A program made the translations under genes and the position numbers. The notes under the pieces are model-generated. The model made no database searches and had not been told where the DNA came from. It saw nothing but the letters and a program-made list of their open reading frames with translations. From Flavobacteriales bacterium (GTDB taxonomy: Bacteria > Bacteroidota > Bacteroidia > Flavobacteriales > BACL11): a DNA stretch of 48,934 nucleotides. Each line of letters starts with the position of its first letter. Within the stretch, counting starts at the first letter, position 1. Positions 29,161-39,453 of this stretch are shown here, in pieces. The stretch lies in the NCBI GenBank assembly GCA_018652335.1, contig JABICI010000057.1, positions 1 through 48,934 on the forward strand, read 5' to 3'.

Positions 29161-29208
29161 TCTCCAAAAATACAAAAACTCTTTTATAACATTTACCTAT
29201 CTTTGTGC

Positions 29209-30237
29209 ATGCGGTTAATTTTGTATGTACTATCACTCATTTATTCAATAATTATTTCGAGTAGAAATACTCTTTTTGATTACGGAATCTTTAAGTCTAA
29301 ATTGATAAATATTCCAACAATTTGTATTGGCAATCTTTCTACCGGAGGTAATGGCAAAACTCCACTCACAAATTATATTGCAAAAATATTATCAAAAAAT
29401 TATAATGTTGCTATTCTAAGTCGTGGATATGGTAGACTATCAAAAGGTTTTTATCTTGTAAATACAAACAGTGATCCATTAGATGCTGGCGACGAACCCT
29501 TGCAATTAAAAATTAGTAATCCAGATTGTATAGTAGCCGTCAACAGCAATAGACATAAAGGCATAATTAAAATAATGAAAAAATATCCACATACAGAGGT
29601 CATCTTAATGGATGATGGTTTTCAGCATAGATGGGTTAGAGCCGGATTAAATATAATTGTATCAACATATCAAAATTTATATGTTAACGATAATCTTTTA
29701 CCTCTAGGAACATTACGAGAGCCAAAAAAAGAAGCGAAAAGAGCAGAAATAATAATAGTAAGTAAAACACCTTGCAATCTTAACCAGGATCAGAAAAGGA
29801 ATATTATCAAAAATTTAAAGTTAAAAAATAATCAAACTGGTTATATCTCTTATATAAAATATAGTAAATATAAATGTATTTTTGATAACACTGAACTTAA
29901 GAATGAAGGAGATTATAGTATCACATTAATTACAGGAATCGTTAATTATAATCTTTTAGTAGAACACTTAAAAAAATTAGACAGAAAAGTAAATCTGGTA
30001 AAATATCCAGACCATCACAATTACTCTAATAAAGATATCAATGATATTTTATTAGCTTATAAGAGAGACAAGAACACAAAAAAACTTATCTTGACCACGG
30101 AAAAAGATGCGACAAAAATTCGTAAATTTGATATAAAATTTAAGGACGTTAAAGTTTATTTTATTCCAATTGAAGTAATATTTTCAAATAAAAAAACATT
30201 TGAAAAACAAATTTTAGAATATGTTAAAGAAAATTAA
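29209..30237 (+). CDS. lpxK: Tetraacyldisaccharide 4'-kinase
   Basis: P-loop GNLSTGGNGKTP, SRGYG and DDGFQH motifs. I prefer the ATG at 29209 to the tracked TTG at 29203. Confidence 0.88.
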   Translation: MRLILYVLSLIYSIIISSRNTLFDYGIFKSKLINIPTICIGNLSTGGNGKTPLTNYIAKILSKNYNVAILSRGYGRLSKGFYLVNTNSDPLDAGDEPLQLKISNPDCIVAVNSNRHKGIIKIMKKYPHTEVILMDDGFQHRWVRAGLNIIVSTYQNLYVNDNLLPLGTLREPKKEAKRAEIIIVSKTPCNLNQDQKRNIIKNLKLKNNQTGYISYIKYSKYKCIFDNTELKNEGDYSITLITGIVNYNLLVEHLKKLDRKVNLVKYPDHHNYSNKDINDILLAYKRDKNTKKLILTTEKDATKIRKFDIKFKDVKVYFIPIEVIFSNKKTFEKQILEYVKEN

Positions 30238-31033
30238 AGAAACATCGGATTTCTTAAAAGAAAAAATTAATAGCTCACCAAAGATTGGAATCATTTTAGG
30301 CACTGGACTTGGAGGTTTAGCAAATGAAATTAATACAGAATATTCAATTTCATATGAAGATATTCCTAATTTTCCTATCTCAACAGTTGAAGGTCACTCT
30401 GGCGAACTACTTTTTGGTAAATTAGGTGGAAAAGATGTAGTTGCAATGAAAGGTAGGTTTCATTTCTATGAAGGATACTCCATAGATAGAGTTGTTTTTC
30501 CAGTAAGAGTAATGAAACTTTTAGGTATTGAGTATCTATTTATTTCAAATGCTAGTGGAGGTGTGAATCCCGATTATAGCGTAGGTGATTTAATGATTAT
30601 AAATGATCATATAAATCTTATTCCTAATCCTCTTATTGGATTAAACATTGATGAATTAGGACCTAGATTTCCTGATATGAGTGAGGCTTATTGTAGTGAA
30701 TTAATTAGCAGTGCTGAAAAAGTTTCAAACAGTCATAATATAACGATTCAAAAAGGTATTTATATAGCACTCACAGGACCTACGCTGGAAACACCTGCAG
30801 AGTATAAACATATGCGAATTATTGGAGGTGATACAGTTGGAATGTCAACAGCACCTGAAGTAATAGTAGCCCATCATATGGACATCAAATGTTTTGCAAT
30901 ATCTGTTATTACTGATTTAGGAGTTGAAGGCAAAATAAAGAAGGTTACTCACGAAGAGATACAAGAGATTGCTGAAAATGCAGAACCAAAATTAACTTTG
31001 ATTATGAAAGAAATAATAAAAAATATAAAATGA
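30221..31033 (+). CDS. Purine nucleoside phosphorylase (trimeric PNP/PunA type)
   Basis: GHSGELLFG, GRFHFYEGY, SNASGG and VGMSTAPE motifs. Overlaps lpxK by 17 nt. Confidence 0.9.
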   Translation: MLKKIKETSDFLKEKINSSPKIGIILGTGLGGLANEINTEYSISYEDIPNFPISTVEGHSGELLFGKLGGKDVVAMKGRFHFYEGYSIDRVVFPVRVMKLLGIEYLFISNASGGVNPDYSVGDLMIINDHINLIPNPLIGLNIDELGPRFPDMSEAYCSELISSAEKVSNSHNITIQKGIYIALTGPTLETPAEYKHMRIIGGDTVGMSTAPEVIVAHHMDIKCFAISVITDLGVEGKIKKVTHEEIQEIAENAEPKLTLIMKEIIKNIK

Positions 31034-32397
31034 AGAAATACTTGTTTTTAATCACTCTTGCATTATTATCAAATAAAATAATGGCACAACAAGAGGCAAC
31101 ATTGATATACAATTGGAATGACTCAAATTTAGTTGGCTCATTTGCTTATGACAATACTTATAATGAATGTTGGGGATTAGCTTTAAATGATAAAGAATTT
31201 GCAATTATAGGAACAACAGCTGGTACACATTTTTTTGATATAACCAATCCAGAAAATAGTTCAGAAGTAGCATTTATTGAAGGTGGATTTACTGGAGGAG
31301 GAGTGATTCACAGAGATTATCATGATTTTAGCGGATATCTTTATGCAGTATGTGATGAAGGAAACACAAGTACACTCCAAATTTTTGACATAACTGATTT
31401 GCCAAATTCTGTCACTACTGTATATGATTCAAATGATTTATTCATCAAATCACATAATATCTTTATTGATACAGCAACTGCAAAATTATATGCATGTGCC
31501 TCAAATAATGCTATGGATGTTTATGATCTTAGTACCGTTTACGATAATAATCAAGTAATTATTCAGTCTCCCACTAATCCAAAATTAATCTACTCCTATT
31601 CTGGTGTTGGCCATGTTCATGATGCATTTGTCAGAAATGACACAGCTTTTTTAAATTGTGGTTACGATGGACTTAGAGTAATGGATTTCTCTATGGTTGA
31701 TTCAATAGGAGATCAACCCGTGCTTCTGGGTTCACTAACTTCTTATCCAGATGCAGGTTACAATCATTCTGGTTGGCTAAGTGATGACGGAACAATTTAC
31801 ATAATGCAAGATGAAAATCATGGTTATGATGTAAAGATACTTGATGTGTCAGATTTAAATAATATTAACATCTTATCTACTTTTAATTCTGGTATAGACC
31901 CGAATTCAATGGCTCACAATGGAATTATTAAAGATAATATTGCATATATCCCTTATTATCATGATGGGTTGCGAGTTTTTGATATTTCAGACCCAAGTAA
32001 TCCAATACAAATTTGGGAATATGACACATATTTACCAAATGACCATATTTCATATAAAGGAGCGTGGGGAGTTTACCCATATTTACCCTCAGGAAATATT
32101 ATAGTTTCCGATATGCAAAGTGGCCTTTACATTCTTAAATTAAGTAATTCAACGAATATCTTAGAAGAAGATCATAATATGTTAATTTATCCTAATCCAA
32201 TAAAAGATTATTTTGTTATAAAATCTAATGCAGACAATATTACACTTTACAATAGTTTAGGTAGCGTAGTACGCAATGAAAAACTAAATGATTATAAAAA
32301 TATCATTTTAACAGAGGAGCTAAAAGAAGGTATTTATTTCTACTTACTCTCAAAAGATGGAAAAAGGACAAATTCTGGCAAAATACTTATTAACTAA
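31030..32397 (+). CDS. LVIVD-repeat / choice-of-anchor-B-like beta-propeller protein with T9SS C-terminal domain
   Basis: Signal peptide. Repeated ...GLRV(M/F)D(F/I)S... units (YDGLRVMDFS, YHDGLRVFDISDPSNP). C-terminal IYPNPIKDYFVI... sorting domain. Confidence 0.7.
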   Translation: MKKYLFLITLALLSNKIMAQQEATLIYNWNDSNLVGSFAYDNTYNECWGLALNDKEFAIIGTTAGTHFFDITNPENSSEVAFIEGGFTGGGVIHRDYHDFSGYLYAVCDEGNTSTLQIFDITDLPNSVTTVYDSNDLFIKSHNIFIDTATAKLYACASNNAMDVYDLSTVYDNNQVIIQSPTNPKLIYSYSGVGHVHDAFVRNDTAFLNCGYDGLRVMDFSMVDSIGDQPVLLGSLTSYPDAGYNHSGWLSDDGTIYIMQDENHGYDVKILDVSDLNNINILSTFNSGIDPNSMAHNGIIKDNIAYIPYYHDGLRVFDISDPSNPIQIWEYDTYLPNDHISYKGAWGVYPYLPSGNIIVSDMQSGLYILKLSNSTNILEEDHNMLIYPNPIKDYFVIKSNADNITLYNSLGSVVRNEKLNDYKNIILTEELKEGIYFYLLSKDGKRTNSGKILIN

Positions 32398-33845
32398 TGA
32401 CATTAACAGAAAAATATGAAGCGGTTATCGGTCTCGAAATACATGCTCAGTTATTAACTAAAACAAAAGCCTACTCTTCAGATGAAAACATTTATGGAAA
32501 ATCTCCTAACACCAAAACATCAGTAGTATCGTTAGGTCACCCTGGAACACTTCCAAAAAGCAATTCAAAAGTTATAGAATATGCTATAAAGCTAGGCTTA
32601 GCAATGAATTCTAAAATTAGAGAAAGGAATGAATATGCACGGAAAAATTATTTTTATGCAGATCTTCCCAAAGGGTATCAAATCACACAAGATAAAACTC
32701 CAATATGTAATGGAGGCAAAGTTTTAGTTAAAGATAAGAACGGGATTAAAAAAGAAATTAACATTACACGTATCCACATGGAAGAAGATGCGGGCAAATC
32801 AATTCATGACCTTGATCCATTTAACACTTTAGTTGATTTAAATAGAGCAGGGGTTCCTTTACTTGAGATTGTTTCAGAACCTGATATACGAACTTCAGAT
32901 GAAGCACATCAATTTATTACTGAAGTTAGAAGACTATTAAAGTATCTTGATATTTGTGACGGAAATATGGAAGAAGGATCTTTAAGATGTGATGCAAATG
33001 TTTCAGTAAGATTAAAAGGAACAGAAGAATTTGGAACAAAAGTGGAAGTCAAAAATATGAACTCTAGTAGAAATGTCAAACGTGCTATTGAATTTGAAAT
33101 TGAAAGACAAATAAGTCTAATTGAAAATGGTTTTAATATTGATCATGAGACAAGATCATTTAATGCTGCAAATAGCACAACTGTCTCAATGCGTCACAAA
33201 GAAGAAGCAAATGATTACAGGTATTTTCCTGAACCTGATTTGCAACCAGTAATAGTAACAAATCTATATATTAAAAAAATTAAACAACTAATGCCTCCTC
33301 TGCCTAATGAACTCTTTTTAAAATTTACAGAGAATTTTGGTCTTACCGATTATGATGCTGGAGTTTTAGTTGAAGAGAAAGAGATAGCATTATACTTTAA
33401 TAAAGTTTGTTGTTTTGTAAAAAACTACAAATTAGCAGCAAACTTTTTAAATGGAGTTATAAAGTCTTATCTAAATGAAAATGGTAAGAAAATTCAAGAT
33501 TTAGAAATAAGCTCAGAAAGATTAGCTGAATTAATTAATAGTGTTGATGATGGATTAGTAAGTAATACAATCGCTACTTCAAAGTTGTTTGAACTATTGT
33601 TAATTTCAAATAAATCTATTGTAGATATTATATCTGAAAATAACTGGAAAAAAGAAAGTAGTAAAGATGCACTTAATGATTATATTATAAAAGCAGTTTC
33701 TAAGTATCCTGAAAAAGTTATAGAATATAAATCTGGAAAAAAAGGATTAATTGGCTTATTTATGGGTGAAGTAATGAAAATATCAAAAGGTCAAGCAGAT
33801 CCTAAGATAGCAAATAAATTATTAAGAACTGAATTAGAGAAATAA
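32397..33845 (+). CDS. gatB: Asp-tRNA(Asn)/Glu-tRNA(Gln) amidotransferase subunit B
   Basis: N-terminal YEAVIGLEIHAQL, plus RIHMEEDAGK, LRCDANVSV and YRYFPEPDL motifs. Confidence 0.95.
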   Translation: MTLTEKYEAVIGLEIHAQLLTKTKAYSSDENIYGKSPNTKTSVVSLGHPGTLPKSNSKVIEYAIKLGLAMNSKIRERNEYARKNYFYADLPKGYQITQDKTPICNGGKVLVKDKNGIKKEINITRIHMEEDAGKSIHDLDPFNTLVDLNRAGVPLLEIVSEPDIRTSDEAHQFITEVRRLLKYLDICDGNMEEGSLRCDANVSVRLKGTEEFGTKVEVKNMNSSRNVKRAIEFEIERQISLIENGFNIDHETRSFNAANSTTVSMRHKEEANDYRYFPEPDLQPVIVTNLYIKKIKQLMPPLPNELFLKFTENFGLTDYDAGVLVEEKEIALYFNKVCCFVKNYKLAANFLNGVIKSYLNENGKKIQDLEISSERLAELINSVDDGLVSNTIATSKLFELLLISNKSIVDIISENNWKKESSKDALNDYIIKAVSKYPEKVIEYKSGKKGLIGLFMGEVMKISKGQADPKIANKLLRTELEK

Positions 33846-33846
33846 A

Positions 33847-34581
33847 TTGAAAAAATATATATATTTTGCCTCAGATTTTCATTTAGGACTAGAAGAAACA
33901 AACAGTCACTACAGGGAGAAAATAATTGTTCAATGGCTTACTAAAATTGAAAAAGATGCAAAATCTATTTATTTATTAGGTGATATTTTTGATTTTTGGT
34001 TTGAATATAGAAAAGTTGTTCCAAAAGGATTCATTCGATTTTTAGCAAAAATTGCAGACCTGATAGACAAAGGAACCGAAATACATTTATTTGTTGGCAA
34101 CCATGATTTATGGTTGAAAGATTATTTAAGTACTGAAATTGGATTAATTATTCACCATAAGCCTATTTTAATAAATGTACATTCTAAGAGTATATATATT
34201 GGCCATGGTGATGGATTAGGAGACGGAGATTATTTTTATAAGTTTTTAAAAAAAGTATTCACCTCAAATATAAGTCAATGGCTATTTACGAGATTACACC
34301 CAAACCTTGCTTTTACTATAGCTCATAAATGGAGTAGAGGAAGTAGAAGGGTGGAAGAAAATAGATTTATTTCTGAAGAAAAAGAAATTCTACTTGAATA
34401 TTGCAGAAAGTTACAAAAAATAAATCCTATTGATTATTATATTTTTGGTCACAGGCACCTTCCGTTAAAATTAAAAGTTGATGAAAAATCTCAATATTAT
34501 AATACTGGTGATTGGATTAATCATTTTAGTTATATTGTACTTAAAGAAGGAAAGTTATCTACCAAAAAATTTATTAAGTAG
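33847..34581 (+). CDS. lpxH: UDP-2,3-diacylglucosamine diphosphatase
   Basis: Calcineurin-like metallophosphoesterase motifs SDFHLG, GDIFD, GNHD, GHGD and GHRH. A TTG start is required because the gatB stop lies 1 nt upstream. Confidence 0.8.
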   Translation: MKKYIYFASDFHLGLEETNSHYREKIIVQWLTKIEKDAKSIYLLGDIFDFWFEYRKVVPKGFIRFLAKIADLIDKGTEIHLFVGNHDLWLKDYLSTEIGLIIHHKPILINVHSKSIYIGHGDGLGDGDYFYKFLKKVFTSNISQWLFTRLHPNLAFTIAHKWSRGSRRVEENRFISEEKEILLEYCRKLQKINPIDYYIFGHRHLPLKLKVDEKSQYYNTGDWINHFSYIVLKEGKLSTKKFIK

Positions 34582-34585
34582 TTTA

Positions 34586-37027
34586 CTATTTGTTTACTAC
34601 AAGTTTTTCAGTCATAATTACATCACCATTACTCACAACTTTTACGAAATAAATTCCCTTTTCATATTTAGATAGGTCAACTGGTATTTCTTGGTAATTA
34701 CTTATTAATAATCCACTATACAAATTAGTTATTTCTGATCCTAAAATATTAATCAAACTAATTTCAATGTTTTTATCAACAGCGTTCTCTAATGCAATGA
34801 TTGTGTTTCCCTTAGCAGGATTTGGGAATAATGATAAACGTTCAACATTGTTTCCAGCTAATTGTAAAGCAGACTCCTCACCAATCAAAATATTATCTAA
34901 ATAGAAATTATTTGAACGGCCATTAACAATATACTCAAACTTAAATCTGATATTAGAGTTTTTAAGTTGGGCTTTAGTAAGAATAATCGTGTTCCATTCA
35001 GATACAGATGGTCTAAAGCTAGAAGTATATAAACCAGCATTTGATGCTTCAACTGCACCTATAGTCTGTAGAGATTTCCAAGACTCACCACAATCATCTG
35101 AGTAAGTAACTTCAAGCTCATTAACAGGAAACGTATTCAAAGCTGCACCTGCCCATGAAAATTTAATTGCTGGACTTGAAAATGAACTTAAATCATATGA
35201 TTTTGAAATAATTTCTGTGGATACTCCTACTAACATATTTTCGCCAGAAACTTTTATCGAAGACGTCCCATCATATGCAGAACCATTTTCCCATTTCCAA
35301 ATTGTATTCTCACCAGAGTTAAAACTCCATTCACTTTCAATATTTGTTGATTCACTTAAAACCCAATCTCCACTAAGCTCTGATTCAGTTTCAAAACTAT
35401 ATGAATATGATGAAGCTGAAGATGATGAAGTTTGTGGATTAACACTTACAAATCCTTCTTTTGTTACAGAAGAAACACATGTGTTATTATAATAAGCTAC
35501 ATAAGTAATCTTTTCAAGCTCACCTCTAAAATAAGATGTATCATTCAAACCCCAATAAAGGCCGATACTATCTAAAGTGATTTCAGTTATATTTATTGCA
35601 CCTTGGCCAATCAAATCAGTTTGAGTGCCCTGAACAATTAACATTTCAACAATAGAGTCATATGATGTTGCATTAACTAAATCTAAATCTGATAAAACAG
35701 CAGCTCTAGCTTCTGTAGTTTCACTATATTCTACAGTTAGGTTGACATCTAAAGAACCAGTTGTATTGTAGGTGTGAGAAATAAAATTATCACCAGAACT
35801 ATCAGTATTTCCATCTCCAAAATCCCAAACAAAAGATGAAACATTTCCAGATCCAAACATATTTTGGTTTCCTTTTAACAAAAGAGATTCTCCTTCACAA
35901 ATGGAAGAAGCACCATTCATAACTACAAACGTTGCTTCTTGTGTACAAGTAGGAACTCTGTATCCATCAAATGTGCCAGTTTTAGATACATTTTCATTAG
36001 ACCACATGTATTCTCTAAAGCCAATAGTTGACAATCCTGTTTCCTCACTAATTATACCATCAAGGACTGAATTCATAAGTGCAGCTTGATCTTTTGTAAA
36101 CATAGTAACATGAGCGTCACTAGAGTAATCCATATAGTTGACAAACATTTCACCTGCCCAATTTAATGAATCTCCTATACATCCCCATGCGCCAGTTTGA
36201 CCAGCAGGTGGCGCAAGTCCAACATGGTAAGGATAATCAGATAAATTGATTCCAAAATTTGGGTCTCTAGCAGGAGGTGTATCTTTTATTCCATCATCTC
36301 CGCATGTTGCATCACCCCAAGTATGTCTCAAACCTAACCAATGACCTACTTCGTGTGTAAGTGTTCCACCAGAAACCATTTGGCTTGAAAGCAAAACAAC
36401 ACCATCAGTAGACATAAATCCTGAAGCAGGAAACTGAGCATAACCAAGTAATGTATTTCCATCATCTTGGGGAGCAAATTTCTTTACAGTCCATATATTA
36501 AAATACTCATATGAATTCCAGTAACTTAATGATTTGACAGCATCCCTTGGTGTAGGTTCATCAGTTAGTGTAGATCTAACTCTATTAATACCAGTTGTAG
36601 GGTTTCCGACAGGATCAATTTTTGCTAGCCTAAACTCTACTCTTGCTTCACCTCTAACAGCGGCAAAAACATCAGGTGTTTTTGCAAGAAAGTTTGAGCC
36701 TTGTCCATTAATATTTGCATTTAAAACATCTAAAGCACCTTGTATTGAAGCATCAGATATATTTTCATTTCCTAAATCATGAATTACGTGTACAACAACA
36801 GGAATAATCTTAATGCCATTTTCAGACTTAAGATTTTGAATTTTACTTAACATCAAGTCATTCTGTATTTGAAGTTCTGAATTTTTCTCTTCTAAACTGT
36901 TGTAGAAATGAGGATATTTTTGTTTTTGTTCTTCTAGTGAACCTTCATATGTTGCACATTTTTGAGCAAACACAAAATTGGTAGTAAAAAAAACAGCAAT
37001 TATTAAGGGTAAAATTTTATTTCTCAT
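34586..37027 (-). CDS. Secreted M43 (pappalysin/cytophagalysin-type) zinc metalloprotease with PKD, MAM/choice-of-anchor-J-like and T9SS C-terminal domains
   Basis: Signal peptide. Metzincin site [18 protein letters not shown]-like WDFGDGNTD...[11 protein letters not shown]. ...[11 protein letters not shown] module. C-terminal [12 protein letters not shown]... sorting domain. Confidence 0.82.
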   Translation of the reverse strand: MRNKILPLIIAVFFTTNFVFAQKCATYEGSLEEQKQKYPHFYNSLEEKNSELQIQNDLMLSKIQNLKSENGIKIIPVVVHVIHDLGNENISDASIQGALDVLNANINGQGSNFLAKTPDVFAAVRGEARVEFRLAKIDPVGNPTTGINRVRSTLTDEPTPRDAVKSLSYWNSYEYFNIWTVKKFAPQDDGNTLLGYAQFPASGFMSTDGVVLLSSQMVSGGTLTHEVGHWLGLRHTWGDATCGDDGIKDTPPARDPNFGINLSDYPYHVGLAPPAGQTGAWGCIGDSLNWAGEMFVNYMDYSSDAHVTMFTKDQAALMNSVLDGIISEETGLSTIGFREYMWSNENVSKTGTFDGYRVPTCTQEATFVVMNGASSICEGESLLLKGNQNMFGSGNVSSFVWDFGDGNTDSSGDNFISHTYNTTGSLDVNLTVEYSETTEARAAVLSDLDLVNATSYDSIVEMLIVQGTQTDLIGQGAINITEITLDSIGLYWGLNDTSYFRGELEKITYVAYYNNTCVSSVTKEGFVSVNPQTSSSSASSYSYSFETESELSGDWVLSESTNIESEWSFNSGENTIWKWENGSAYDGTSSIKVSGENMLVGVSTEIISKSYDLSSFSSPAIKFSWAGAALNTFPVNELEVTYSDDCGESWKSLQTIGAVEASNAGLYTSSFRPSVSEWNTIILTKAQLKNSNIRFKFEYIVNGRSNNFYLDNILIGEESALQLAGNNVERLSLFPNPAKGNTIIALENAVDKNIEISLINILGSEITNLYSGLLISNYQEIPVDLSKYEKGIYFVKVVSNGDVIMTEKLVVNK

Positions 37028-37060
37028 ATCTGTAAAGTTGATTCGTAATATTTATGACCA

Positions 37061-37068
37061 CAAATATA
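37061..37068 (-). promoter_or_regulatory. Putative -7 promoter box (TATATTTG) for the M43 protease gene
   Basis: TAnnTTTG on the minus strand, 33 nt upstream of the ATG at 37027. Confidence 0.4.
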
Positions 37069-37122
37069 CTTTATATCGATAACAAATACAAAAAAAAATA
37101 AAGAAATAAAAACTAAAATTTT

Positions 37123-37977
37123 CTATAATATATGCTTCTCGGCGTGGTAAGAAGATCTAACTAAGGGACTACTCTCAACATGCTGAAATCCAAGACTTAA
37201 ACCAATTTTTTTGTAATTTTCAAATTGTTCAGGTGTAATAAAATTAACTACAGGCAAGTGCTTTTTAGAAGGCTGCAAGTATTGTCCAATTGTTAAAATA
37301 ACAACACCAACTTTTCTCAAATCATGCATAGTTTCAATAATCTCTTTCTCAGTTTCTCCAAGACCAAGCATGATTCCAGACTTCGTCCTAATACCACCAT
37401 CATATAGATGTTTTAATGTTTCTAAGCTTCTGTCATATTTAGCTTGAATTCTAACCTGCCTAGTCAATCTTCTGACTGTTTCCATGTTGTGAGAGACTAC
37501 TTCTGGAGCAACATCAATAATGGGCTGAATGTCTTTCAATCTGCCTTTAAAATCAGGAATTAACGTTTCCATTGTAGTTCTAGGGTTTTGCTTTCTAATT
37601 TCATTTATTGTTTCTACCCAGATACTAGCCCCTCCATCAGGCAAATCATCTCGATCTACTGATGTTATTACGGCATGCTTGACATTCATGAGATTAATAG
37701 ATTTTGCAACTTTTTTAGGTTCAAGCTTGTCAACAGCAAGCGGTCTTCCAGTCATAACATTACAGAACCCACAAGAACGAGTACAGATATTTCCTAAAAT
37801 CATAAAAGTAGCAGTACCAGCACCCCAACACTCCCCCATGTTAGGACAATTACCACTCTCACAAATGGTATGCAGATTGTGAGATTTTGTGATGCTTCTT
37901 ACATTTTTAAATGCTTCTCCTGTTGGAAGCTTAACTTTTAACCATTTTGGTTTTTTTATTTCACTAATAATTACCAA
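37123..37977 (-). CDS. lipA: Lipoyl synthase
   Basis: Auxiliary cluster [12 protein letters not shown] and radical-SAM cluster CTRSCGFC. It appears to start at TTG, as there is no in-frame ATG before [11 protein letters not shown]. Confidence 0.95.
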   Translation of the reverse strand: MVIISEIKKPKWLKVKLPTGEAFKNVRSITKSHNLHTICESGNCPNMGECWGAGTATFMILGNICTRSCGFCNVMTGRPLAVDKLEPKKVAKSINLMNVKHAVITSVDRDDLPDGGASIWVETINEIRKQNPRTTMETLIPDFKGRLKDIQPIIDVAPEVVSHNMETVRRLTRQVRIQAKYDRSLETLKHLYDGGIRTKSGIMLGLGETEKEIIETMHDLRKVGVVILTIGQYLQPSKKHLPVVNFITPEQFENYKKIGLSLGFQHVESSPLVRSSYHAEKHIL

Positions 37978-37983
37978 AATTAA

Positions 37984-38097
37984 TTATGAATTTGTTGTTT
38001 TTTGAGAATTACTACCAACGCCTGGACACTGTTCCTTATGAACAGCACATGAAGCAAGTAAAAGAATTGTAAAAATGATAAGAATTATGTGTTTCAT
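37984..38097 (-). CDS. Small (37 aa) putative lipoprotein ORF, absent from the supplied ORF track
   Basis: Hand translation gives MKHIILIIFTILLLASCAVHKEQCPGVGSNSQKTTNS: an n-region, a hydrophobic core and a perfect lipobox L-A-S-C. Its TAA lies 6 nt upstream of, and in frame with, the lipA TTG start. Confidence 0.45.
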   Translation of the reverse strand: MKHIILIIFTILLLASCAVHKEQCPGVGSNSQKTTNS

Positions 38098-38158
38098 TGT
38101 TTTTTTTACAAAAATACACAATATTAATAATAGAATAATATTTTTATATTGCACTTTC

Positions 38159-38166
38159 TATATTTG
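38159..38166 (+). promoter_or_regulatory. Putative -7 promoter box (TATATTTG) for ung
   Basis: TAnnTTTG 13 nt upstream of the ATG at 38180. This argues against the tracked start at 38075. Confidence 0.45.
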
Positions 38167-38179
38167 CAATGTTAATAAA

Positions 38180-38860
38180 ATGAAAAGAGAAAAAAAAAAA
38201 ATTATAACCCAAGAATGGGACAGAGTTTTACATGAGTGTTTTCAAAAGAATTATTTTAAAAAATTAATGCTTTTTGTAAGTAATGAACGTGAAATTAAAA
38301 ATGTTTTTCCTGTAGACAAAGATATCTTTAATGCATTTAAAAAAACATCTTTTTTAGATTGTAAAGTTGTAATTTTAGGGCAAGACCCTTATCATAAAAA
38401 AAATCAAGCAAATGGACTTGCTTTCTCAGTAAATCAAAACATTAAAATACCTCCATCATTACGAAATATATTCAAAGAATTAAAGTCTGATTTAGGCATT
38501 GATAATTTAAATTCTGGTAATTTAGAAAAATGGTCTAATCAAGGTGTATTACTTTTAAATACAACACTAACTGTAAGAGAAAATGAAGCTGGATCTCATA
38601 AAGATCTTGGATGGGATGATTTTACAGATACAGTTATAACTAAGTTATCTAATAAAAAAGAACAAGTAATTTTTTTACTTTGGGGAAATTTTGCACAAAG
38701 AAAATCGACCTTGATTGATCAAAAAAAAAATATCATTTTAACTGCGCCTCACCCCTCTCCTCTTTCTGCTTATAAGGGTTTTTTTGGATGTAAACATTTT
38801 TCAAAAACCAATAAGCTTCTCATTCAAAATAAACAAGAACCAATAAGTTGGCAAATATGA
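38180..38860 (+). CDS. ung: Uracil-DNA glycosylase (family 1)
   Basis: GQDPYH catalytic motif, LLLNTTLTV, and the HPSPLS leucine-loop region. The start is moved to MKREKKK... because the tracked N-terminal 35 aa are low-complexity and overlap the opposite-strand sORF and the promoter. Confidence 0.9.
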   Translation: MKREKKKIITQEWDRVLHECFQKNYFKKLMLFVSNEREIKNVFPVDKDIFNAFKKTSFLDCKVVILGQDPYHKKNQANGLAFSVNQNIKIPPSLRNIFKELKSDLGIDNLNSGNLEKWSNQGVLLLNTTLTVRENEAGSHKDLGWDDFTDTVITKLSNKKEQVIFLLWGNFAQRKSTLIDQKKNIILTAPHPSPLSAYKGFFGCKHFSKTNKLLIQNKQEPISWQI

Positions 38861-39438
38861 TTGAAAAGATTATTTTTATTTTAGTTAACATATTGTATAT
38901 AAACACATCTGCTCAAGAAAATATCATTTCTAAAATTAAAAACTACTCCGATATAAAACTAAATGAGATTTTATTTGTGTCTGTAACTAATCAAAAAATG
39001 TATCACATAAAAGACAATATTATAATTAATAAATATATAATTTCAACATCAGAATTTGGAACTGGAAATAAAGCTGGTAGCAACAAAACTCCAATTGGTA
39101 TGCATAAAATTAAATCTAAACATGGTGACAAAACTCCTATAAATGGCAGAATGATAGGAAGAGTTTTTAATGGTGAAATTTCAAAAATTTACACAGATAA
39201 AAAGAAAAGTAAAACCGATGATATAACTAGCAGGATATTTTGGCTTGAAGGGCTAGAAGAAGGTGTTAATAAAGGAAAAAATATTGATTCCTTTAAAAGA
39301 TACATCTATATACACGGAACATCAGAAGAAGGGAGATTAGGATCACCTGCTTCGCATGGCTGTATAAGAATGAAAAATAAAGAGGTCGTTGACTTGTACA
39401 ATAAGATTGAAGTTGGTACTTTGGTGCTAATTTTATAA
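38857..39438 (+). CDS. L,D-transpeptidase (YkuD domain) protein
   Basis: Signal peptide-like N-terminus and catalytic motif HGT...GSPASHGCIRM. I prefer the ATG at 38857 (ATGA overlap with the ung stop) to the tracked TTG at 38848. Confidence 0.8.
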   Translation: MIEKIIFILVNILYINTSAQENIISKIKNYSDIKLNEILFVSVTNQKMYHIKDNIIINKYIISTSEFGTGNKAGSNKTPIGMHKIKSKHGDKTPINGRMIGRVFNGEISKIYTDKKKSKTDDITSRIFWLEGLEEGVNKGKNIDSFKRYIYIHGTSEEGRLGSPASHGCIRMKNKEVVDLYNKIEVGTLVLIL

Positions 39439-39453
39439 CTCAAAAAATTACTT

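Noticed and set aside
29198-29205. A TATCTTTG match as the lpxK promoter.
   Set aside because: It ends only 3 nt before the preferred ATG (29209) and overlaps the tracked TTG start. It lies in a 48-nt divergent spacer where it could equally be chance. It was therefore not listed as a feature.
34478-34675. A 65-aa plus-strand ORF spanning the lpxH 3' end and the M43 protease 3' end.
   Set aside because: It is an alternate frame of lpxH that runs antisense into the protease CTD, and its translation is low-complexity I/L/Y-rich.
38075-38179. The tracked N-terminal 35-aa extension of uracil-DNA glycosylase (MIRIMCFIVFFTKIHNINN...).
   Set aside because: The residues are low-complexity and have no UNG counterpart. 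A TATATTTG -7 box sits inside the extension at 38159-38166. The region also overlaps the better-looking opposite-strand lipoprotein sORF. The start was moved to the ATG at 38180.
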